Shown here: piece by piece, positions 36,780 through 49,564 of the stretch
Position numbering within the stretch: the stretch's first letter is position 1
How the letters are laid out: the number at the start of each line of letters is the position of its first letter
Assembly: GCF_001194135.2 (NCBI RefSeq)
Contig: NC_068992.1
Span: 6,471,572 to 6,535,571 of the forward strand
Source of the DNA: Octopus bimaculoides
Taxonomy: Eukaryota
Direction of reading: 5' to 3'
DNA length: 64,000 nucleotides
Translations under genes and position numbers: made by a program
The notes under the pieces: generated by a model
What the model saw: only the letters and a program-made list of their open reading frames with translations
The model's database searches: none
What the model was told of the DNA's origin: nothing

Positions 36780-37620
36780 GCAAAACCAACTAACAGGGAA
36801 ACGGAAAGAAGAAATCTTAAAATGATCCATACCAATAGGAAGGCGTCAGTTCTGAACTCGAACCTACACCCACAATTTATCATATGAAACATGATTTTCT
36901 TTCTTTAAAATGTCTGAATCATGGTTTAAAAAACCCTATGGAATTTAACAGGGATGGTAATCGAACTGAAATATAAAAAGGGTCACTAAAACAATGTTGT
37001 TAAGAACAATAAGTCATGAAAATGAAAATTTACAGTTGCAACCACATGCAAGGAAGACGGTAGTAATTTAAACCAATGATAATTTTCAAGATGAAAACGA
37101 TGCCTCACTGTTGCATATTTTGTTCACGTCAATAAAAATGGGTGGATGGATGAATAAGTATGACATCATAGTGATTTTCAACAATAACGAAATCATTTGT
37201 TACTGGACATAATGATCTGTCACTAAACAGAGCAAAGAATAGCAGCAGCTCAATTATATGTGGTAGATTGGCTACACGTTTACAACCACGTTTTTTTTGT
37301 CAGAACACCGTGTTTCGCTTCAAAGACTGTACTTGTGGATATTAGAATGAAATGATAATTAGCGGAAGAATATCGAATTCAAATGATGGCAACATGCGTG
37401 GTCCGGAAGCGGATATACTGTGGTCCATTGGCGATAAGGGAAAATTCCTGAAGAGCGAAATATTTGAATTAATGGATACTCCCGAGTATGATATGTTGTG
37501 TGAGAATAAAAAGGGAGCAACCCTCTAATCAGATGAATCAACCTTCATCTGATTCGAAAGTTGATAGTTAAGACGATTCAGCGATTTCTGTACCTGAGGA
37601 TGTACTTGAAATGTTGTTGA
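36780..37620 (+). mobile_element. pogo-type (DDE_1, POGK-like) transposase relic
   Basis: KTMLLRTISHENE..TV..CKEDG / PMIIFKMKTMP (compare KTVxxxTTGHEK..FTV.LAC.ADG.KL.PMVIFKRKT.P); VHVNKNGWMDE; GRLATRLQP....N..F.FKD (compare PGGLTSxLQPLDVxxNKPFK). Confidence 0.75.
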
Positions 37621-37936
37621 TCTGCCTTTTGAAGGACTTGCATGCATAATGACTACAGTAATAATACTTTTATTAAAACAATAATGTGCATATGTCATTA
37701 AAAATAACAAAATAAATTAACATTATTTGGTGTTTTTAAAGTATGAGTCTTGTTTATTACATATTTTTCTTTGCATATCAGAACCCAATTAATATAATGA
37801 TGAAAAGTGATATGGAATTATAATGTAATGAATGGAATTATCAATGCTTTACCGATAATAAAGTAATATATTTATGAAACTCAAAAATAATATGCAGATT
37901 GAAAGTTAATACTATATTGTAAATATGTCTCAATAG

Positions 37937-38030
37937 GTTGCAATTTGCTACATTGCTATGTATCAAAATACAAAATACGTTGCAATTTGCTACATTGCTA
38001 TGTATCAACATACAAAATACGTTGCAATTT
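37937..38030. repeat. 42-bp tandem repeat, about 2.25 copies
   Basis: gttgcaatttgctacattgctatgtatcaaaatacaaaatac starts at 37937 and 37979, with a partial copy at 38021. Confidence 0.9.
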
Positions 38031-38583
38031 ACAGCAATATGTGCAGTATTATACAAACTAGTTCAGGTTACATTTTTCAATAGCATTTATGTCTCATGAT
38101 ATAGTACATGCTGCAATTAAAGGCCATGTTTACATTCTATAGTATTATAAAGATTGTACTAAACAGCAGTATTTGCAGTTCACATTATAATACAAGTTGC
38201 AGTATGCAATATTACATTTCATCATATATAAGTTGCATCTCAGAGTGTTGTTCACATTTTGTAATGTAACACAGATTTCGGTTTACTGTTACAATTTACA
38301 CTTTCTTACAGAATGCACTTTCCAACGATATATTATTTCACAATATGTTATAGGTTGTACTTTATAATATAAATGATGTGATGCAACAATATGATGAAGG
38401 TGATGTTTGCATTATCTATTTACATTCTAATATGATAGGTTTCAGGAAGCAGCAATCAAAATACATCATGAGATATTTAATAAAATGCACATTTAATCTA
38501 AAAGATCTATGCCAACGTGGTTTGTGCATAACTTGGGAGAGATCAAGAAGCCCTGACATATTATGCACATACACACACGCGTG

Positions 38584-38637
<54 letters not shown>

Positions 38638-38686
38638 CGTGCGTAAGTTTATCCATGTATATTCTACTGCTCTTAATTGTACTTAA

Positions 38687-39079
38687 GTGGAGGCGCAATG
38701 GCCCAGTGGTTAGGGCAGTGGACTCGCGGTCATAGGATCGCGGTTTCGATTCCCAGACCGTGCGTTGTGAGTGTTTATTGAGCGAGAACAACTAAAGCTC
38801 CACGAGGCTCCGGCAGGGGATGGTGGCGAACCCTGCTGCACTCTTTCACCACAACTTTCTCTCACTCTTTCTTTCTGTTTCTATTGTGCCTGTAATTCAA
38901 AGGGTCAGCCTTGTCACACTGTGTCACACTGAATATCCCCGAGAACTACGTTAAGGGTACACGTGTCTGTGGAGTGCTCAGCCACTTGCACGTTAATTTC
39001 ACGAGCAGGCTGTTGCGTTGATCGGATCAACTGGAACCCTCGTCGTCGTAAGCGACGGAGTGCCAACAACAACAACAAC
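38687..39079 (+). mobile_element. Full-length tRNA-Arg-like SINE family C, 12-bp TSD (possibly an octopus OR-type SINE)
   Basis: A box TGGCCCAGTGG, TCG anticodon-like loop, B box GGTTTCGATTCC; 3' stem-loop ctcgtcgtcgtaagcgacggag and (CAA)n tail. AATTGTACTTAA occurs at 38675-38686 and 39080-39091. Confidence 0.92.
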
Positions 39080-39951
39080 AATTGTACTTAAAACCACATA
39101 GAGTTGGCTATGAGTAGGAGCTTCTGCAAATATATTCTAACAGTATCAAATTTGTAACCTCGAAAGATAATGCAGAAGTACCTTCTTTTCACAGTAAAGA
39201 ATGATTCGGTATCATTTGATGATAAAATCACTCAAGGTATTAACACATTATTTTCAGTTTCATTTTAAACTGATCTGTGACGTGTTATCATTCTTTTCTC
39301 TAGTAACAGCTATCTCGAATATTTTGTGGATTTTGCTGTCGTCTCAACTAAGCTTTCTTAAGTGTCTATTTTAATCGTTTGAGATGATGATGGCATCATT
39401 AACCAACCTTATAATTGGTGTCTCACCAATCAGACTTGTTTTAAATCCCCTCACGGCTTCTCCAGTATTTCTTCCATTTTCGTTGCATTTTTTTAAAAAT
39501 ATGTTAATATGATTCATTATATTTTAGATCTACCTTCTATGCATTAGTTTTTGTTTTTGGAAATCTTGCTATGCTTCCCTGGAAGATGAACTGTTTTGCT
39601 TTCTAAGTTATGTGTCTTGGAAAATGACAACAATAATTTTATCCATAATAATTTTGAAATAGCATATTTTTATATTCCTGAAACGATCGAAAGGAAACAA
39701 AACACCAACACCACGCGATTTTTGTAAGAAAAACAAGTAAATATATCAAGGAAGATAAATTTAATTCCTTTTCATTATACTAACAAAAGAATATAAGAAT
39801 ATCCCTTTATTTCAGCATGACTAAATAACCTGTTTAAAGCGATTGGAACCGGTAGCATATTTTCATTAAAGGGTATGTAATTTCTTATTTTTATCTATGA
39901 TAAAGGTTTCAAAGCATTTTCTTCAATTTGTTTTTTAACACACATACACAT

Positions 39952-40009
<58 letters not shown>

Positions 40010-40674
40010 CAATAGCGCCAATACTATAAACAAGCATGTACATACATGTACACGCATAAATATGAGTGTGTGCGTATTTTATTTGAGTATAGTTGTTTTA
40101 CTTTTATATAATATTTTTTATCAATTTTGTTCTAGTATTCTTTGTTCATAGTTCAGTTCAATTTGTTTTTGATCGATAAAGTTCGATTATCTGTCAGCAA
40201 CGTTTGTAGACCTTCAAAACCTTAACTTCTGAATGAATTGATGTAGATACCTCATTCTCTTAGGTAGTTGCTAATGTGATAGAGGCAGACATCATCGCAC
40301 GAACTTGAAATATTTACCTTTAGAGTTATACGCTACCAGTCAGCTGTTTATTTTTACATGCGACTAGGGCATGCTTTCTTTGTATTTATTTTGGCATCTC
40401 TATAGTATGAGCATTTCTTCCATCATTAATTGTTTATTTACTTATTTTTTTATATTGAATAGATTATTCAGTTTGCTTTTGTATTGTGTGGGATAGTGTA
40501 TTCCAGTGGATCATTGTGTTAAGTGCGGTTTGTGCATAAGAGTCTGTGGAAGAATATCTTAATTGTATAGCAAGATGATCTCCCATTAACCGTAGTGGTA
40601 CAAGGTCACGCATTTTGTAGGGAGGACAGAATTAACTTTTCCTTCTTATTAAAAGAGCAGTATCTTCTAAGTGC

Positions 40675-41097
40675 AGGCGTGGACGTGTGGTAAGAAGCTT
40701 GCTTCCCAACCACATGGTTTCAGATTCAGCCCCACTGCGTGGTACTTTGTACAAGTGTCTTCAACTGCTTAGACCGACCACAGCTTTGTGAGTGAATTTA
40801 GTGGAAGGAAACTAAAAGAAGCCCATTGAAAGTGTGTGTGTGTGTGTGTGTGTGCGTGTGTACCTTTTTGTGTCTGTGTTTGTCCCCTACTTCCGTTTGA
40901 CAACCGGCTTTGGTGTGCTTACGTCCCCGTAACATAGCGGATTGGCAAAACAGAACGACAGAATAAGTACAAGGCTTCAAAACAAAAACAAAAAAGGAGT
41001 TCTGGTATCGATTTATTCGACTAAAACCCTTGAAGGCGCATGAACCAGCATGGCCGTAGTCATACGATTGAAACAATTAAAAGGTAAAAGATAAAAT
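40675..41097 (+). mobile_element. Full-length SINE B copy
   Basis: ggcgtggacgtgtggtaagaagcttgcttcccaaccacatgg...(TG)n...gtccccgtaacatagcgg...gcatggccgtagtc...aaaagataaaata. Confidence 0.88.
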
Positions 41098-41269
41098 ATA
41101 TCTTTTGGCCCCTTTTGTACTTCGAATAAGTTGAGTAGTTCCTGAGGGCTAAATGAACTTCTGGCCTTGATGAGCAAAGCCAAATTTGGGATTCAGTCTT
41201 TATGTGATGCTGTTAAGAATGATCATAAATGATTTTGATGACATCATGCTGCTAAATATTGATTCCCAA

Positions 41270-41820
41270 TATTAGTACAAGGCCACTCATTTGGTGAGGA
41301 CGGGGATGTAAGCGATTAAATCGATTCCAGTACTGATTTTAGTTTGATACTCACTTTATTGATCAGATTTGTGCGAATCGCTAAATTACTGAAGATAAAA
41401 CGACACTGATATTTTATTTTATCATTCTAGGAATGATGAAAGTGAAGTTGACCTCAATGGGAAAGGAATCTAAGGTGAGCAGAAATAAAGTCGCATGAAA
41501 AAATATATATTTAAGGAAAAAAATGACAATTTTTGCAAGAAAAAAATGTCACAAGAAAGTCATATTTCATTTAAATATCATAGATAGTTGCGAAAAATAA
41601 ACAAATAATATTGAATTCAAATTTTGGAACACGGCCAGCAATATCAAGTGCTGGGATAAGTCAATTATACCGACCTCAGTAATCAACTGGATGGTACATA
41701 TTTTATTTACCCCGAAAGGTGAAGTTGAACTCGGTGGAATTTGAACTCAGAACGGACAGACCAAATGCCGCTAAGCGATTTGGCCAGCGTGCTAACGACT
41801 CTGCCAATTCACCGCCTTAA
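41270..41820 (-). mobile_element. Two degenerate SINE A copies (about 41270-41470 and 41630-41820)
   Basis: taaatcgattccagtactg...gatgaaagtgaagttgacctc and accgacctcagt...tgaactcggtggaatttgaactcag...gccaattcaccgcctt. Confidence 0.75.
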
Positions 41821-42339
41821 TTAAACAAGTAATATTATAAACCGTTTATGAAATAACAATACGTGTTGTGTACATAATACCATAGTCTTTATAATGGCAT
41901 TACATGTATATAAAAAATAATTATACTTTATTCAGTTTCTTAAGTAAAACGTACAAAGCAAAAATCATTAAGCCAGCCATTTGTTTTCTTCTGATTTTTT
42001 TCCGCCTTGTATTCGAACATAACACTAGAAAACATTAATGTAGATTTAGGATAGGCTTGGACAGGAAATCGTAAACAGCAACATATTAACTACTCAAATA
42101 CCTTGCACCGTTATTCAAAATCATTTTACATTTCCACTTACAAGCAAATATTGGAGCAACAGGAACCAACAAATGAGTTTCTAGGTAAGAAATAGCAGAC
42201 AAATAGCCCTCCAGTTATGCTCTATTCTTCTAAATACTGATGGATATCTCGAGCAACACAGATGCTGATATGGTAAAAAGATGGGTGTCTACTGTTGAAC
42301 TCGATGCAAGACAACAGCAGCAACAACAAAAAGAGGGGG

Positions 42340-43570
42340 ATGTTCATACAGACTAGAAATGGTAGCCAAATCACCCTCAAAATAGACTGTACCCGCTACA
42401 AAGAGGAAATGAAACAGATCAAATAACTCCAAGCTACACTAACCGTAGCCATTCTGCATTTCTACGCAGAATGGTAATGGCTGTCACTGTCTGTGATGAG
42501 AGGTCCGCCTCATTAGGGCTTTATTTTTCATTAAACAACAACAATAACGATAACAACGCAACAACAATAACACCAGCAACAACAACAACAACAAAAAGTC
42601 TCTATTTAGAAGCTCCTTTGCTGCTTTCAATCCCAACTGAGAGCCATTGCCGAAAGCAAAGAGAATATATTGCCGCAGTCCGGCTGTATTTATGCCACCG
42701 TTTTCACATACGCAGTGTATCGTCCTTTGTTGTCGTTGTTGTTATTATTGTTTCGTCTTTTTCCCATGCATAGAGAACTAGAACAAAACTATTCAATACA
42801 CTGTTGCTTAGTTTTAACGTTAGGACAGTCATGATAAAGCAGACACCGTGACCATTTCGTCTTTCTCCAGATATAATGCATGTAGATCTACGTTATGTAA
42901 TGTGTCCTTGTTTGTTGCTTCTTCACAAGTCAGATCTGATTGATCAGGGTCTTTTAGGTATGACCTTCCCGTTTTTCCTTCCCTACCTCTCAGACTTTAT
43001 CTAGCACTTCAAACCATTTTCGTTCCTTGTTAAGTAGCCAAAAGTCAGCACTGCTCAAACGGATCTCTAACCAAAATTATTCTAACTTCGAAAACCCAGT
43101 TATTGCTTTCCAGACATAAAGTGTCTTGGATTGCATAGTAGGGTGCAATTTGAAGAAGATTTGGCAACTACACTGCACAGGTTTAACGAGTAAGCAGATA
43201 TTCCAATATTCGAGCATTAAATAATAATTGATTATATTCGTCCAAATCAACAAATACTTGGGAAGAAGTATTATAATCAATCTAATCGATTATCAATACT
43301 TAATTGGTCGATATTTTAACAACACCGCAAGGGCAACGTTCAAATTTTCACTTGAACATGATTTGTTAAAATTAGAAGGTAAAGGGACATAACTTCATTT
43401 AGCAAGCTATGTTAGTTCGGTAATCTATCGCTTCCATCATTATCGTTCGTCTTGTCGTTATTGTTTAGACCCATGTTAACTGTAAATGAGCAGACCTATA
43501 ACCAAAGGCATTCTAGCTGTGACCAGCTCATCTTTTATTCAGATATTGTATTTAAGACAGTATTAGTAAA
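42340..43570. repeat. Fragments of a further dispersed repeat (family D; ctagaaatagcagccaaat...ccctcaaat / gcagacctat..caaagg segments)
   Basis: Related pieces at about 15440-15610, 15930-15990, 20805-21000, 24110-24290, 42350-42450, 42830-42980, 43465-43560 and 47160-47200. Confidence 0.5.
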
Positions 43571-43859
43571 TGTGTTTACACCAAGAGGCATTTGCACTAG
43601 TTCGTACAAATACTGTTGGTGGAACCAGCGCTGGAAACATCGGTGATGTTGATGCTATTGCTGCTATTTTGGCTCTATAGTCCAAGGCCTTCTCCAAGTG
43701 ATCTGTGATAAAAAAAAAATGCTCCAGCTTTTGAACCTATTTCCTGTGTTTTAGGCCTCTTACCCCTTTTCAAAGACGAAGAGTGAGTGTTCAGAACCGT
43801 CTCACCGTTCTCTCCTCCTTATTGGCACGTACTACGACAGCCATTGATGTTTCTGCTTC

Positions 43860-44063
43860 ATTAACGCACCAATCCCCATTGTGGAATTGCAGTAATTATA
43901 CGAGACTAGAAAGACAGCCAACAACTGACGAAGGGTCGTTCTTTATGTTTGTTTTGTTTTCCAGTTGTGTCTTTCGTTGTTCGAAAGAATAGTTCATGTT
44001 CCATGTACTCGTGCTTCGTACTTTTTTATTGCACACGTTTCATGACGTCCTGTGCCCACATGT

Positions 44064-44075
<12 letters not shown>
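43860..44075 (+). mobile_element. Probable Penelope-type pseudo-LTR fragment
   Basis: cagccaacaaCTGACGAagggtcgttc...ttcgaaag...tttcatgacgtcctgtgcccacatgtgcata running into (TA)n. The assignment is from recall of PLE termini. Confidence 0.4.
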
Positions 44076-44136
<61 letters not shown>

Positions 44137-44295
44137 NNNNNNNNNNNNNNNNNNNNNNNNNNNNNNNNNNNNNNNNNNNNNNNNNNNNNNNNNNNNNNNN
44201 NNNNNNNNNNNNNNNNNNNNNNNNNNNNNNNNNNNNNNNNNNNNNNNNNNNNNNNNNNNNNNNNNNNNNNNNNNNNNNNNNNNNNNNNNNNNNNN

Positions 44296-44329
<34 letters not shown>

Positions 44330-44395
44330 CGTATATATAAGTATGTACAAGATGTATGTACATATACGTATGTATATATGCATATGCATATATAC

Positions 44396-44552
44396 TCTTT
44401 TATTCTTTTACACTTTTCAGTCATTTGACTGCGGCCATACTGGAGTTTTTTAGTCATAGAAATCGACCCTAGGGCTTATTTTTGTAAGCCTAATACCTAG
44501 TCTATCGGTCACTTTTGCCGAACTGCTAAGTTACAAGGTCATAAACACACCA
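44396..44552 (-). mobile_element. SINE B 3' half
   Basis: ttcagtcatttgactgcggccatactggag...aatcgaccctagggcttatt...gccgaactgctaagttac. Confidence 0.8.
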
Positions 44553-45059
44553 TTCCCTTCGAAGTTTCATCCCTAATAGTGGTTTGGAACCTGGCTGTTC
44601 TTTCTAGCATGCAAGGAATCTTATGATGGATACCTCTTATGTGTTTAAATGTACACTGCATTTATATGAATAATATATAGTCTATGGACTAAATTTTTAC
44701 ACGCTAGGCCACTGGTAGTCGAAATTTCTAATATTTCTTATTACCCTTGATATTATTAATTATTGATAATTTTTTCTGGATAATTTTCGAATTGAAACGC
44801 CGGCATTTTTTATTTACTGCCGACAAGGAGCTGCGCTTGCGTGGTGGATTTGAAAAATTAGAATATATGAGCATGAATCATATACTTGTTGGCCTCGTGT
44901 ATATATGTTTAATCTGGATGTACCTGCTGAAGAAGACTTCACCTGGCAAATTATTTTATTAGATATTAGATATTCGTAAAATATTAACGCCCGCTCGCGC
45001 GCAGATTCATATACTTTCTTTTACTTTTCTATACATATATATATTTTTTTCCTTTACTT

Positions 45060-45428
45060 TGGCTGTGTACTTCCCAACCATATGAATCCGGGTTCAGTTC
45101 CATTGCATGGCACCTTGAGCAAGCGTATTGATTTTTTTTATTTTTATTTTTTTTACAATAGCCTCGGGCTGATCAATGACTTGTGAGTGGATTTGGTAGA
45201 CGGAAACTGATATACCTAGTGTCTTTGTCTTCATTTCTGTTTTCCCCCCGCCACCGTCTGTTTTGTTTACGACCCCGTAACTTAGGGATTCAGAAAAGGG
45301 ATCAATAGAATAAGTTCCCGGCTTAGAAAATAAGAATTGGAGTATAGGGGTTCGTTCAACTAGAACGCCTATATTACTTATTACATGGCTGCAGTCTAAT
45401 GACTGAAACAATTACAAGATAAAAAAGT
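45060..45428 (+). mobile_element. Diverged SINE B copy
   Basis: ttcccaaccatatgaatccgggttcagttcc...ggcaccttgagcaag...gtagacggaaactga...gaccccgtaacttaggg...ggctgcagtctaatgactgaaac. Confidence 0.8.
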
Positions 45429-45590
45429 AAGGAGCCCTCCGTCGGTTACGACGACGAGGGACCCAGCATGTGAGTGAGCAATCCACAGATAAGTATACCC
45501 CTAACGTAGTTCTTAAGGAGATTCAGCGTGACAGTGTGACAAGGCCGGCCCTTTGAAATACAGGTACTACTCATTTTTGCCAGCTGAGTG
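45429..45590 (-). mobile_element. 3' part of a SINE C-related subfamily
   Basis: Reverse complement: gggccggccttgtcacactgtcacgctgaatctcc...gaactacgttagggg...ccctcgtcgtcgtaaccgacggaggg. Confidence 0.75.
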
Positions 45591-46193
45591 ATTGTTGTGC
45601 GGCCATGCTGGGGCACCATTATGGATATACGTATATATGTGTATACATATATTGGTATATATCAATGTGTGTATCTGCGCATGAATGTGTGCCTCTATGT
45701 ACGTTTGTGTATACGTGTGTGTGTGTGTACAAGTATGTATGCGTACATGCTTGTATGCTTGCATTGCATGTATATGTGCGTATGTGTGTATATATATAAT
45801 AAAATAAAATAAATAAATGCGCCCTTTCAAAGCCTAGCTAGGTTCATGGACCCGGTTTCCCGGTTTCAATGGCGGTTTCAATCGCATATGTGTTCCCCAA
45901 CCACAAAGAAAAATAATGGTCTCCAGAAAATATTTTGCAAACGCCATATATATATATATAGCTATTATATGGTTGATAATATTTCCAACGGAGACGTTAC
46001 AACTGTATCTGATTGTTCAAGAACTACTTCAGTTTTGTGTATGTATATATATTTACTCAATTGGTGACATTTATCAATGGTTTTGCTCATTGTGCTGATG
46101 CGCCATCTTCTATCATTAATGCAACTGGCGGCATTTTTGACGACACGGGAATTTTACCAGGAGAGAACCTCATGGACTTGTAGTGCATATAAG

Positions 46194-46488
46194 CACACGT
46201 GTTTATATCGCTGACGGAACCCCCAGATCACATGGTATTCGACCTTCTTTGTCCTTCACAATGACAGATGTCTGGCTAGACCCAGTACTTGATTTCCCCC
46301 TTCAGCAATATATAAAATTCAGACAGTGGTCTTACTAAAATGCAAATATAGCAATAGAAGCACAATTAATACCAAATATTAATGATTATCTCTCACTAAA
46401 AATAGATGTTGTGTTGAAATCACTTGATCTGGCAGATCCGGCAGCCATGGCGGAGGATTATCACCCGTCAGCGATATAAACAAGTGTG
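46194..46488. mobile_element. MITE-like element, 295 bp, 24-bp terminal inverted repeats
   Basis: cacacgtgtttatatcgctgacgg (46194-46217) versus ccgtcagcgatataaacaagtgtg (46465-46488): 23 of 24 match, with no coding capacity inside. Confidence 0.7.
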
Positions 46489-46549
46489 TTATATTTTACA
46501 ATAATACATACATGCATACATACATACATACATACATACATACATACAT

Positions 46550-46830
46550 AGGAACTTAACAGCCAATTGATCAAAACACAACCGACCAGATATCGTTGTG
46601 TTGGACAACAACGAAAATATATGTTCTTTTGAGGAAATTAATTGTCCTCGTGACACGGAGCAGTAGGATACATACCAAATCATTCGAAGCAATGTATGGC
46701 TGAAGTCGGGATCTTGGGGAGAGAATGCACATTCTTTTTCCATATGCTACAAAAGATCACGATATCTGGGACAATAAAAATCTCCAAAATCTTCTTCAGA
46801 TTAGAAGGATGATGTTTACAAGATGATATT
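46550..46830 (+). mobile_element. Third RLE-type LINE 3' fragment (different family, internally deleted)
   Basis: KHNRPDIVVLDNNENICSFEEINCPRD joined to GAVGYIPNHSKQCMAEVG...LQKITISGTIKISKIFFRLEG*. Confidence 0.75.
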
Positions 46831-48292
46831 TTCCTTAACAACCTTGCTACCAAGTTGCTGGCCGATCAAAATTTACTCTGAAATTAAAAAGAGAAAGAAA
46901 AGAACATATGTACAGGCATAATCAGCAGCGTTTCTTGCATAAAGAGTCATGGCATATATTCTTGAAAGATGTAAATGCAAGCAACAAATATATTTTTCCT
47001 ATAAACTTCTTATTTTCATGAAAGGTGGCAGGAAATGGGTAGATATGCACTTTTTGCACACTACTTCAGTTATATAAATTTGATTTTCAAAACGTCAGGC
47101 TCGAGCGTATATACAAAGAGTCTATGCTCGATATTTCAATACCTGAAATTGACAGTGTGGCCTTTGATCAAAGGTCTTCTAGATCAGAGTTGACCAATGG
47201 TGAAGCCACAATAGATTTTAGGAAATGCAAAATCGCCTCTGACAGAATTTGAACCGGAAACACTAAATGCTAACCTTCTAATATGAATATATCGTGGAGA
47301 CAGAATGGCAAAAGGAAAAAACAGGTTGAGAAGTGTAAACTTGAGAAAGAAAGAAAGAAATTTCTAATAGACAGAAATTTAAAGGCTTCAACTGCAGTGG
47401 TGGTGGTCAGAGGGATACTACTTAAGGTGAACCGGGGGAAAATGAGGAGAGGTAAGAGATGTTGAGTTGGAAGGAGAGCGGTACAAGGCAAATGATATTT
47501 CATTTTCATTTTATCTAGTTTCAGCTCATGAGCTGTGGCCATGCTGGGGCACCGCCATTTGGTGTTGCTACATAATTTTACTTCACGAATGCTTTTCATG
47601 AATTGACATTTGGTGCATGAGAGAGTTTGATGCATATATATATATATATATANNNNNNNNNNNNNNNNNNNNNNNNNNNNNNNNNNNNNNNNNNNNNNNN
47701 NNNNNNNNNNNNNNNNNNNNNNNNNNNNNNNNNNNNNNNNNNNNNNNNNNNNNNNNNNNNNNNNNNNNNNNNNNNNNNNNNNNNNNNNNNNNNNNNNNNN
47801 NNNNNNNNNNNNNNNNNNNNNNNNNNNNNNNNNNNNNNNNNNNNNNNNNNNNNNNNNNNNNNNNNNNNNNNNNNNNNNNNNNNNNNNNNNNNNNNNNNNN
47901 NNNNNNNNNNNNNNNNNNNNNNNNNNNNNNNNNNNNNNNNNNNNNNNNNNNNNNNNNNNNNNNNNNNNNNNNNNNNNNNNNNNNNNNNNNNNNNNNNNNN
48001 NNNNNNNNNNNNNNNNNNNNNNNNNNNNNNNNNNNNNNNNNNNNNNNNNNNNNNNNNNNNNNNNNNNNNNNNNNNNNNNNNNNNNNNNNNNNNNNNNNNN
48101 NNNATATATATATATATATATATATATACATACATACATATACACATATCTATACATACATACATACATACGCATAGAGAAAGAGAAAGAGAGACATGTA
48201 CACACTTGTATATTGTGCTTCTGTGTCTGTGTGCGTGTTACAGTGTATAGATATGTATACGTAAAATGTATTGAAAGAGAGAGAGAGAGGGA

Positions 48293-48332
<40 letters not shown>

Positions 48333-48635
48333 CAAAAAAAGAAAAAGAGAGACGGCTGACACGGAGAGAGAAAAAAACTCACTCTGTTGTGTATGGATAG
48401 TAGAGAAAGTGAGAAAAAGAGTCAGAAAACTAACAGATAAGGGTAGTAGTGAGAGGAAAGAGCAACTATTAGATATAAAGATTGCCAAAACGATTTCTAT
48501 GAGAATAGTTGAAAGACCAGTTAAGGAAAAGAAATTTTTAAAAATAAGATATGGAGAACGCGTGTGTGTATGTATGTGTTTGTGTGCATGCGTGTATATA
48601 TGTATATATATTGATATATATGTATATATATGTAC

Positions 48636-48666
<31 letters not shown>

Positions 48667-49241
48667 NNNNNNNNNNNNNNNNNNNNNNNNNNNNNNNNNN
48701 NNNNNNNNNNNNNNNNNNNNNNNNNNNNNNNNNNNNNNNNNNNNNNNNNNNNNNNNNNNNNNNNNNNNNNNNNNNNNNNNNNNNNNNNNNNNNNNNNNNN
48801 NNNNNNNNNNNNNNNNNNNNNNNNNNNNNNNNNNNNNNNNNNNNNNNNNNNNNNNNNNNNNNNNNNNNNNNNNNNNNNNNNNNNNNNNNNNNNNNNNNNN
48901 NNNNNNNNNNNNNNNNNNNNNNNNNNNNNNNNNNNNNNNNNNNNNNNNNNNNNNNNNNNNNNNNNNNNNNNNNNNNNNNNNNNNNNNNNNNNNNNNNNNN
49001 NNNNNNNNNNNNNNNNNNNNNNNNNNNNNNNNNNNNNNNNNNNNNNNNNNNNNNNNNNNNNNNNNNNNNNNNNNNNNNNNNNNNNNNNNNATATATAGAT
49101 ATATAGATATATTTATATATATATATTTATATTTAGGTGTGTTTGTATAGATGTATTTCTATGTATACCTGTTAGAACAAACACAAAAATAGTACTCAAT
49201 ACAATAAGTTTGAATGGTGCAATGGACGAAAATCTCGATTC

Positions 49242-49316
<75 letters not shown>

Positions 49317-49564
49317 CATACGTACATACATATATATATGTATATTTATATATATATGTATGTATATATATATATACGTCTCTGTGTGTGTATATATATA
49401 TATATATATACACACACACTTATACATACATACATACGTATATATACATATATACATATACACATATAATATATACACATATATATACACATATATATAC
49501 ACATGTAATATATGTATGTATGTATGTACGTATGTATGTATGCATCTATGTATATGATAGATAA

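Noticed and set aside
36294-36789. Two minus-strand ORFs of 82-94 aa
   Set aside because: No recognisable motif, and adjacent to or antisense of the pogo relic.
38687-38760. tRNA-Arg-like sequence
   Set aside because: It is a SINE head within a TSD-bounded element and lacks a proper acceptor stem, so it is not a tRNA gene.
43918-44000. CTGACGA...GAAA at a PLE-like terminus
   Set aside because: No stem II closure or NUH triplet in register; kept only as a PLE-like fragment.
46444-46479. Perfect Kozak gccATGG with a 10-codon ORF
   Set aside because: It runs into the TIR of the MITE-like element and stops at once.
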